Positions 21,042 through 28,648 of a stretch of DNA of 41,973 nt are shown here, piece after piece. Origin of the DNA: Verrucomicrobiota bacterium (GTDB lineage: Bacteria > Verrucomicrobiota > Verrucomicrobiia > Verrucomicrobiales > Akkermansiaceae); assembly GCA_039804325.1 (NCBI GenBank), contig JBDLWH010000274.1, positions 1-41,973 of the forward strand, given 5' to 3'. Each line of letters opens with the position of its first letter. Position 1 is the stretch's first letter. The position numbers were made by a program, and so were the translations under genes. Below the pieces are notes generated by a model. The model was given only the letters and a program-made list of their open reading frames with translations. It was not told where the DNA came from and ran no database searches.

Positions 21042-21932
21042 ATGCACTCCTTCATTGACAACGCGATGCTCTCTCGCCTCGCCGCGCTGCCCATCGAGAC
21101 GCGCGTCCCGATGTTAGGTAACGTCGTCGGCAAACACCGCTCGCCCCACCGCGGCTCGTCCGTCGAATTCGCCGAATACCGGAAATACGTCCCGGGCGAC
21201 GATACCCGCCGCCTCGACTGGAAGGCATTCGCCCGCTCCGATCGCTTCTACATCAAGGAATTCGAGGCCGATACCAACCTGCGCGCGTATTTCGTCATCG
21301 ACGCCTCCGGCTCCATGAACTTCGCCGGTAAAGGCGAAACCAAAATCGAATTCGCGCGGAAAATCGCCGCCTCACTCGCATATTTGTTAGTCAACCAAGG
21401 CGACGCCGCCGGACTCGCGATCTGCACCGACGGCCTCCACCTCGATGTGCCGCCGAGCCGGCGAGCCGCTCACCTCGATCGCTTCTTCACCACCCTCGGC
21501 CAAACCCATCCGTCCGGCCCGACCGGCCTACTCGGCGCTCTCCACACCATCGCCGAAAAGATCGGCCAGCGCGCGTTTGTGATCATCCTATCGGATTTAT
21601 TCACCGAACCCGACGCCTTGAGCGAGGCGCTCCAGCACCTGCGCTACCGCAAGCACGACATTGCGGTGTTCCATCTGATGGACCCGCAGGAAATCTCCTT
21701 CAACTTCGAGCGCCCGCTGCGCTTCGTCGATCTCGAGGACTCCACCAGCATCGTCGCCGAACCCGCCCTCATCGCCGAGGAATACCAATCCGCCCTGCAG
21801 GAGTTCCTAACCACCGTGCGCGCTAAGTGCCACGACGCCGCTGCCGACTATCAACTCGTTACCACCGACACTCCATTAGAGCCGCTCCTCCGCGAATTCC
21901 TCACCGCGCGCCTGCCTAAGTCCAAGAGGTGA
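21042..21932 (+). CDS. DUF58 domain protein (MoxR-associated, vWA-like)
   Basis: GKHRSPHRGSSVEFAEYRKYVPGDDTRRLDWK, YIKEFEADTN, IDASGSM, ILSDLF. Start at ATG 21042. Confidence 0.94.
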   Translation: MHSFIDNAMLSRLAALPIETRVPMLGNVVGKHRSPHRGSSVEFAEYRKYVPGDDTRRLDWKAFARSDRFYIKEFEADTNLRAYFVIDASGSMNFAGKGETKIEFARKIAASLAYLLVNQGDAAGLAICTDGLHLDVPPSRRAAHLDRFFTTLGQTHPSGPTGLLGALHTIAEKIGQRAFVIILSDLFTEPDALSEALQHLRYRKHDIAVFHLMDPQEISFNFERPLRFVDLEDSTSIVAEPALIAEEYQSALQEFLTTVRAKCHDAAADYQLVTTDTPLEPLLREFLTARLPKSKR

Positions 21933-21964
21933 AGCACTAAATTCTAAGCATTAAATTCTAAACG
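21933..21964 (+). repeat. AT-rich 7/14-nt-periodic inverted repeat, left arm of cassette 2
   Basis: AG CACTAAA TTCTAAG CATTAAA TTCTAAA CG starts immediately after the DUF58 TGA; 31/32 complementary to 22176-22207. Confidence 0.95.
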
Positions 21965-21969
21965 AAGAA

Positions 21970-22149
21970 ATGGAAGATGGCACCCCGCTTTACGATTTGG
22001 AGGAACGCACATTCCTGTTCGCGCTCGGCATACGCCGCTGCTTCGCTGGCGTCAAATGGACACGCGAGCAATGGACGGATGTGGACCAGGTCCTGCGCGC
22101 GTCCGGTTCCATCGCGGCAAACTACAAAATCCGATATGGCTCAGTCTAA
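21970..22149 (+). pseudogene. Truncated four-helix-bundle protein gene (59 aa; not in the ORF track)
   Basis: Manual translation MEDGTPLYDLEERTFLFALGIRRCFAGVKWTREQWTDVDQVLRASGSIAANYKIRYGSV*. YDLEERT..FA and Q..R..GSI.ANY match the family N-terminal half; the C-terminal helices are missing. Confidence 0.8.
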
Positions 22150-22175
22150 CTTCCGCGTTTCCTCTCTTTTTCTTC

Positions 22176-22207
22176 CGTTTAGAATTTAATGCTTAGAATT
22201 TAGTACT
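22176..22207 (-). repeat. Right arm of cassette 2 inverted repeat
   Basis: CGTTTAGAATTTAATGCTTAGAATTTAGTACT, ending 9 nt before the GTG at 22217. Confidence 0.95.
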
Positions 22208-22216
22208 TTCTCTACC

Positions 22217-24181
22217 GTGCTTTTTCTTTCCCCCATCTTTCTCTGGTTTCTCGCGGCGGCCGCTGTGCCCATCGCGATTCACCTGATCAACCGCCGACGC
22301 CACAAAACCATCCCGTGGGCGGCGATGCAGTTTCTACTCAAAGCGGCACGCCAATCGCGCGGTAAGAAAAAACTCCGCCACCTCCTCATCCTGGCCTGCC
22401 GCGCCCTCGCCATCGCCGCCCTCGCTCTCGCCGCCGCTCGCCCCATCGTCTCAGGCTTCCTCGGCTGGGGCGGCAGCTCAATCGATACCGTGGTGCTCCT
22501 GCTTGACCGCTCGGCTTCCATGGAAATCAAACCCGGCGACGGCCTCGACTCGCGCCGCCAGATCGTCCTCCAAAAAGTCCGCGCCGCCATGGCCAACCTG
22601 GGCGGCGCACGCTTGGTGCTCATCGATAGCGCATCTAACACACCACAGGAGGTTCCTTCCCCTGACATTCTAGCCGATATATCCGCCACCGCCGCCACCG
22701 ACAGCGCCGCGGATTTCCCGGCATTGCTCACCCGCGCCGCCGAGTTTCTAGCGGAATCCCCGGGGCGAGCCGAAATCTGGCTGGCATCCGACCTGCAAAC
22801 ATCTAACTGGAAACCGGATGATGAACGCTGGGCCGCCGCCCGCGCGAGCTTGGCGAACCTGCCCCAAAAACCCGCCCTCCGCGTTCTCTCGCTCACCGGG
22901 GCGAGCGCAGCGAACGCCGCCGTTAGATTGCTAGGATCGCGTCGTGTCGGCGACGAACTATTGTTAGACATGGAGATCCTGCGTGGTGGTGACGCGCGGG
23001 GAGTGACGGCACTGCCGCTCACCACCCACCTTAACGGCACGCGCACCACCGAGACGCTCAGCATTCCGGGCCAATCGTTGCGTTTTCAAAAGCGCCTTGC
23101 CCTACCAGCAGGCAGTGCCACCGGTCATGGCTGGTGTTCGATACCCGCCGACGGCAATACCCGGGACAACGCCGCCTTTTTTGCCTATGGTCCGGCGCGC
23201 GCGGCGAAGTCACTCATCGTGGCCGCTCCCGGTGATTGCGCGGATTACCTCGCCCTAGCCGCCGCCCCACCCGGCTTGGACCTCTTGGCCAGCCAACGTG
23301 TGGACCCTAGGCTAGCAGCCACGGCCATCACGGCGGACCTCGCCGCCATTCTCTGGGCCGCACCACTTCCCACCGGTCCCACGGCAGATCGCGTCCAACA
23401 GTTTCTATCATCTGGCGGGCAGGTTTTGTTTCTCCCGCCCGGCGGCCCATCTAGCGAAAGCATCTATCAAATCCACTGGTCCGATCCCACCGCGCCGCTC
23501 GCCGGCAAATTTTTCATTCTTAAAGATTGGAACCGCAGCGACGGGCCGATGCGCGATGGCATCGAGGGTGCCCCCATCGCCGCGATGCGCCTCAAAGCGA
23601 TTCGCCGCCAAATTCCGGTGGGTGACACCGCGGCGTTAGCCCGTTGGGAAGATGGTGAGCCGGCCCTCACTCGCCGCATCGTCGATCACGGCACGGCATG
23701 GTTTCTGAGCTCCATCCCAGACTACACTTGGTCAAACTTGGGCGATGCCGATGTGTTACTCCCAGTCGTCCAACGCATCATCGCCGCCGGGGCCGATCGC
23801 TTCGACGCGTCCTATCTGACGACCGTGGGGGCCGCATCTGCCCGCCTGCTGCCAGGGGAATCGCGCAACCGCCTAGATGAGGCCACCACTCCAGACCCCG
23901 CTAACGCCAATCAGGAAGCCGGTGTTTTCCGCCTCGGCGACCGCTTACTCGCCATGAATCGCCCGGCGCAAGAAGACACTCCAGAAATCCTCACTCGCGA
24001 TGCGCTCGATGCGCTACTAGCCGACACGCATTACACCTTGCTCGATCAGGCCGGACAGGCTAATGACCCATCCCTTGCCCTTGACGTCTGGCGCGCCTTT
24101 CTCGTTGCGGCTCTGTTCTTCCTATTCGCCGAAGCCCTGCTGTGCCTACCCATGCGGCACTCACTAAATGTTAAATACTAG
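22217..24181 (+). CDS. BatA-type N-terminal double-transmembrane plus vWA domain protein
   Basis: FLSPIFLWFLAAAAVPIAIHLINRRRHKTIPWAAMQFL..LLILACR..AAARP; MIDAS LLDRSASM; C-terminal TM helix. Confidence 0.88.
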   Translation: MLFLSPIFLWFLAAAAVPIAIHLINRRRHKTIPWAAMQFLLKAARQSRGKKKLRHLLILACRALAIAALALAAARPIVSGFLGWGGSSIDTVVLLLDRSASMEIKPGDGLDSRRQIVLQKVRAAMANLGGARLVLIDSASNTPQEVPSPDILADISATAATDSAADFPALLTRAAEFLAESPGRAEIWLASDLQTSNWKPDDERWAAARASLANLPQKPALRVLSLTGASAANAAVRLLGSRRVGDELLLDMEILRGGDARGVTALPLTTHLNGTRTTETLSIPGQSLRFQKRLALPAGSATGHGWCSIPADGNTRDNAAFFAYGPARAAKSLIVAAPGDCADYLALAAAPPGLDLLASQRVDPRLAATAITADLAAILWAAPLPTGPTADRVQQFLSSGGQVLFLPPGGPSSESIYQIHWSDPTAPLAGKFFILKDWNRSDGPMRDGIEGAPIAAMRLKAIRRQIPVGDTAALARWEDGEPALTRRIVDHGTAWFLSSIPDYTWSNLGDADVLLPVVQRIIAAGADRFDASYLTTVGAASARLLPGESRNRLDEATTPDPANANQEAGVFRLGDRLLAMNRPAQEDTPEILTRDALDALLADTHYTLLDQAGQANDPSLALDVWRAFLVAALFFLFAEALLCLPMRHSLNVKY

Positions 24182-24194
24182 AAACTTAGTGCTT
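24162..24194. repeat. Possible empty remnant of the cassette-2 repeat family at the third operon junction
   Basis: CACTAAA TGTTAAA TACTAGA AA CTTAGTGCTT; an AT-rich island. TTAGTGCTT is the exact reverse complement of AAGCACTAA at 21932-21940. Confidence 0.6.
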
Positions 24195-26393
24195 CACCTC
24201 ACACCAACTCCCGTCACCCTCTGGATAGGCATCATCGCTCTGGTGCTCATGGGCGCGGTGTCGTTTCTCATTTGGCGGCGCAGCCCGCACCGCGGCCGCA
24301 CGGCAGGTCTGGAAGCCTTACGCATGATCGCCACCCTAACGGTCGTGGTGCTTCTCTGGCGCCCCGAATGGCTCACAATCCTTCATCCTAACACCAAACC
24401 AAAGATCGCCATTCTTTGGGATGACTCGAAGTCGATGACCACCATCGACGCCACACTGCCTCCCATTCTATCGGATAAAACCGACATCGTTTCACGCGCC
24501 GAATGGGTGAAAAAGGCACTCGCGGCTGATTGGTGGAAACCGCTAGAAGCCACGGGAGCCAACGAGGTCATCATGCTCCCCATCGCCACTCCCGGCAACA
24601 ATCCCAGCGCCATGGTCGGCACGAATCTTGATGGCCCACTCACCGACGCCCTCGAAAATCAAAATAATCTACGCGCCGTGGTGCTCATGAGTGATGGCGA
24701 TTACAACCTCGGCCAGCCACCCGTGGCTGCCGCCCAAAAAATGCGCCTGCGTGGCGTGCCGCTCTTCGCCATTCCCGTGGGCAGCCCGTCCCGCCTGCCA
24801 GACCTCGACCTATTATCTGTTACGGCCCCGAGTTATGGCATCGTGGGAGAAAATGTCCAAATTCCGTTCACGATACGCTCGTCGTTAGACCGCCAAGTTC
24901 GCACCATCGTCCGCCTGCGCGATGAGTCCGGGCGAGAACACACCAAGGATATCGTCATTCCACCCAATGCCGAAACCTACGATTCGGTGCTCTGGAAGAT
25001 TGAAAAGGAAGGCTCTTCCACCCTCGAAGTTTCCATTCCCGTGGCCGAGGGTGAACTCATCGCGTCTAACAATTCTCGCAAGTTTCTCATTGCCGGGCGA
25101 CCAGAGAAAATCCGAGTATTGGTTATCGAAACCGTGCCGCGTTGGGAATACCGCTTCCTCCGCAATGCCCTCTCACGCGACCCCGGGGTCGAGCTTTCCT
25201 GCCTGCTCTTTCATCCCGCGCTTGGCCCTGGCGGCGGCACTGACTACATTCAAGAGTTCCCATCGAAACTAGAGGATCTTGCGAAATACGATGTGATTTT
25301 CCTCGGCGATGTCGGCGTGGCCAAAGACCAACTCACCAAAGATCAATGCGCACTCATACGCGGCCTCGTCGAAAACCAGGCCTCCGGCGTGGTCTTTCTG
25401 CCAGGCCCACAAGGCAACCAATTCTCGCTGCTAGATACCGAACTCTCCGATCTAATGCCTGTGATTCTCGACGACTCATCCCACTCTGGCATGGCGGAAT
25501 CACTCGCATCGCCGATGAACCTCACCACCGAAGGGCGCACCTCGTTACTCACTATGTTAGGTAACAACGAGGAGGAAAACCCGGCCATCTGGCGCCGATT
25601 ACCCGGGTTTTTCTGGCACGCCCCGGTCATCAAAGCCAAGGGCGGCTCGGAAGTATTAGCCGTCCATGGCAACCGGCGCGGAAAATTTGGACCCATCCCG
25701 CTGTTAGTCACGAAACCCGCAGGCACCGGCAAGGTGCTCTTCATGGGCATCGACTCCGCATGGCGCTGGCGCAAAGGCGTCGAGGATCTCTATCACTATC
25801 GATTCTGGGGGCAGGTGGCGCGCTGGATGTCCTATCAGCGTAACATGGCATCCGGCCAACGCGTCCGATTGTTTTTCTCCCCGGAACGCCCAGAACCAGG
25901 TGCCACCGTCACCCTCAACGCCAATGCCTTCGACACGAACGGCGCCCCGCTCGAAAAAGGTAGCGTCGCCGTGGACCTCACCGCCCCCAACGGACAAGTC
26001 CAGCGCCTCGAACTCCAAAAAAATGCCTCCGCTTGGGGTGCCTTCAGCGGGCGCTTCAAGGTGGACCAACCCGGCGCATGGAAAATCCGCGCCACAGCTA
26101 GCGGGGCCGAGGACAAACCGCTCGAAACCACTCTGTTAGCCCAGAGTATCGATATCGAGAAAACCGGGCAACCGGCGCGCCCGGAGGTGCTAGAGGAGAT
26201 GGCCCGTGTGGCGCGCGGGCGGGTGATTCACCCGGCCCAACTCGGCGAGTTAGTGCAGGAAATCACCGCCTTACCCGAACCTCGCCCGCTCGAATCCCGC
26301 ATTGCGCTCTGGTCCCATTGGGGCACTTTGGTTACCCTCATCTCCCTGTTAGCTCTCTTTTGGACTGGTCGCAAACTTAACGGCTCGTTCTAA
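24168..26393 (+). CDS. Membrane protein with vWA-like and class I glutamine-amidotransferase-like domains (MoxR operon)
   Basis: N-terminal TMs, ILWDDSKSM, MSDGDYN, PRWEYRFLRNAL, YDVIFLGDV, GKVLFMGIDSAWRWR..FWGQVARW, C-terminal TM. In-frame GTG at 24189 is an alternative start. Confidence 0.85.
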   Translation: MLNTRNLVLHLTPTPVTLWIGIIALVLMGAVSFLIWRRSPHRGRTAGLEALRMIATLTVVVLLWRPEWLTILHPNTKPKIAILWDDSKSMTTIDATLPPILSDKTDIVSRAEWVKKALAADWWKPLEATGANEVIMLPIATPGNNPSAMVGTNLDGPLTDALENQNNLRAVVLMSDGDYNLGQPPVAAAQKMRLRGVPLFAIPVGSPSRLPDLDLLSVTAPSYGIVGENVQIPFTIRSSLDRQVRTIVRLRDESGREHTKDIVIPPNAETYDSVLWKIEKEGSSTLEVSIPVAEGELIASNNSRKFLIAGRPEKIRVLVIETVPRWEYRFLRNALSRDPGVELSCLLFHPALGPGGGTDYIQEFPSKLEDLAKYDVIFLGDVGVAKDQLTKDQCALIRGLVENQASGVVFLPGPQGNQFSLLDTELSDLMPVILDDSSHSGMAESLASPMNLTTEGRTSLLTMLGNNEEENPAIWRRLPGFFWHAPVIKAKGGSEVLAVHGNRRGKFGPIPLLVTKPAGTGKVLFMGIDSAWRWRKGVEDLYHYRFWGQVARWMSYQRNMASGQRVRLFFSPERPEPGATVTLNANAFDTNGAPLEKGSVAVDLTAPNGQVQRLELQKNASAWGAFSGRFKVDQPGAWKIRATASGAEDKPLETTLLAQSIDIEKTGQPARPEVLEEMARVARGRVIHPAQLGELVQEITALPEPRPLESRIALWSHWGTLVTLISLLALFWTGRKLNGSF

Positions 26394-26417
26394 CATCACA
26401 CCCCACACCCCCATCCC

Positions 26418-28508
26418 ATGCATCCGATTCTCGCCCCCGATTTCTATGTCCGCTGGTCAACGCTCACCCCCGCAGCCATTGAGCCAGACATCCGCTTCGC
26501 TCTGGCCCAAGCCCATGAACGCATTGAAGCGATCTGCGGGCAAGACCCGGCCATGGCCACGTATGAGTCAACCTTTCTTGCGCTAGAAAAAGCCACCGAC
26601 GAGCTCGGCCGCGGTTGGGAGCGCCTAAACCATCTGGACTCGGTGTCTGATAACCCAGCCCAGCGCGAGGCGCTCAACCAAATGCTCCCCGAAGTCACCG
26701 AGTTTTATGCGTCCATTCCGCTCAACGGTCGCCTGTGGGCCGTGCTCAAGGAGGTTGGTGAAGGACCGTCGGTCAACGCGCTCGCACCTATCCACAAACG
26801 CTTTATCACCGAAACTCTAGCGGATTTCCGCCAGTCCGGGGCCGACCTGCCACCGCAGCAAAAGCAACGTATTGCGGCCATTGAGGCGCAGCTCTCGACG
26901 CTCACCAAGCAATACGCCGAGCATGTTCTCGATGCGACCAACGCTTGGGATCTGGTCATCACCGATGCCAGCCAGTTAGCAGGACTCCCCGAATCCGCCG
27001 TGGCCGGGGCGGCGGCCAATGCCCGCGCGAAAGGACTGGCCACCGAGGAACACCCGGCGTGGCGCTTCACCCTGCATTTTCCCTCCATGTTTCCTGTCAT
27101 GCAACATCTGCATGACGAGTCGATACGCCGCCAAATCTGGGAGGCTTCCTCGCAAGTCGGTAGCTGCGGCGAACATGATAACTCGCTGTTAGTCTGGCAG
27201 GTTTTAGAGTTGCGCCACGAAAAGGCAGCTCTTCTCGGGCACCCGCATTTTGCGGATCTCACCTTGATGCGCCGCATGGCCAAAACCGGTAGCGGAGCCA
27301 TGGATTTCATCAAAAACCTCCATGCCCGCATCCACCCCGCCTTCCTCGCCGATTACCGCCAACTCGCCCAATACAAAACGGCCAAAACCGGCCATCTCGC
27401 CGTGGCCCTCGAACCGTGGGAGGTCGCCTATTGGGCCGAACGCCAACGCCAAGAAAACTACGATCTCGATGACGAGGTGCTGCGCCCGTATTTCCCAGTC
27501 GATGGCGTGATGTCCGGCATGTTTGAAATCGCCGCGCGACTCTTCGGTATCACTATCAGACAATTAGACACCATCTGCCTCGCCCCGGATTCCTCCCCAC
27601 CTCACCAGGAAAACCCCGAACCTCTGATAGAATCGTGGCACCCCGAAGTGGCATGCTATGAAATCCATGACTCGCACACCGATGCCCACCTCGGGTCATT
27701 CTATGCCGATTGGCACCCACGCGAGTCGAAACGCGGTGGTGCATGGATGAACTCGCTCCACACCGGTGCCCTCGGCGAGGCTCACCTCGGCCTGATCATC
27801 GGCAACATGAGCCCGCCCGTGAATGGCCAACCCGCGCTGCTCACCCACAGCGAAGTCGAAACCATCTTCCATGAGTTCGGACACCTCCTCCACGGCATGC
27901 TCAGCCAGGTGCCTGTGAAATCCCTATCAGGAACTAACGTCCCATGGGACTTCGTCGAACTGCCGTCTCAAATCATGGAAAATTTCTGTTGGGACCGCCA
28001 ATCGCTCGATCTTTTTGCCCGACACCACGAATCCGGCGACCCCATCCCAGACGCGCTCTTCTCAAAAATGATCGCCGCCAAAAATTACCTAAGCGCCTCG
28101 GGCTTTATGCGCCAGTTGTCATTAGCGAAGCTCGACCTCGAACTCCATATTCACCTTGAAAATTGGCTCGGCAAGGATCTCGACGGCGCGGAGCGCGCGA
28201 TTCTAGCAGACTATCAACCACCGCTCCAATCCCAAACCCCCTCATCGCTGCGCCGTTTCACCCACGTGTTTGGTAGCCCGACGGGCTATGCCGCAGGCTA
28301 TTATTCCTACAAATGGTCCGAAGTGCTCGACGCCGACGCGTTTACCCGCTTCCAAAACGAAGGGATCCTCAATCCGGAAACCGGTCGCTCGTTCCGCGAC
28401 CACATCCTGAGCCAAGGCAACTCCGCCCCACCCGACGAACTCTATCGCCGCTTCATGGGGCGAGACCCCGTCCTCGACCCGCTACTCGTCCGCGCCGGAT
28501 TGGCCTAA
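26418..28508 (+). CDS. prlC: M3 family oligopeptidase A
   Basis: DWHPRESKRGGAWM, ETIFHEFGHLLH, WDFVELPSQIMENF, GYAAGYYSYKWSEVLDADAF, FMGRDP. Confidence 0.92.
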   Translation: MHPILAPDFYVRWSTLTPAAIEPDIRFALAQAHERIEAICGQDPAMATYESTFLALEKATDELGRGWERLNHLDSVSDNPAQREALNQMLPEVTEFYASIPLNGRLWAVLKEVGEGPSVNALAPIHKRFITETLADFRQSGADLPPQQKQRIAAIEAQLSTLTKQYAEHVLDATNAWDLVITDASQLAGLPESAVAGAAANARAKGLATEEHPAWRFTLHFPSMFPVMQHLHDESIRRQIWEASSQVGSCGEHDNSLLVWQVLELRHEKAALLGHPHFADLTLMRRMAKTGSGAMDFIKNLHARIHPAFLADYRQLAQYKTAKTGHLAVALEPWEVAYWAERQRQENYDLDDEVLRPYFPVDGVMSGMFEIAARLFGITIRQLDTICLAPDSSPPHQENPEPLIESWHPEVACYEIHDSHTDAHLGSFYADWHPRESKRGGAWMNSLHTGALGEAHLGLIIGNMSPPVNGQPALLTHSEVETIFHEFGHLLHGMLSQVPVKSLSGTNVPWDFVELPSQIMENFCWDRQSLDLFARHHESGDPIPDALFSKMIAAKNYLSASGFMRQLSLAKLDLELHIHLENWLGKDLDGAERAILADYQPPLQSQTPSSLRRFTHVFGSPTGYAAGYYSYKWSEVLDADAFTRFQNEGILNPETGRSFRDHILSQGNSAPPDELYRRFMGRDPVLDPLLVRAGLA

Positions 28509-28648
28509 CACGCCGCCACCGCTCTGGCTGCCACGGCATTGGCAACATCAATACGACACCGCGATGACGCGCGCGGCGAGCCGTTTGAGCCGGCAGTGGC
28601 CCACGAGATTCACTCGACTCGCAGCGTGTGCGTCTGCATGCTGCGGAG

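Noticed and set aside
20623-22149. Diversity-generating retroelement (Avd-like genes)
   Set aside because: No reverse transcriptase and no TR/VR pair differing at adenines was seen in the window.
21977-22189. 70-aa ORF listed in the track
   Set aside because: No recognisable motifs; the overlapping frame starting at 21970 carries the family signature.
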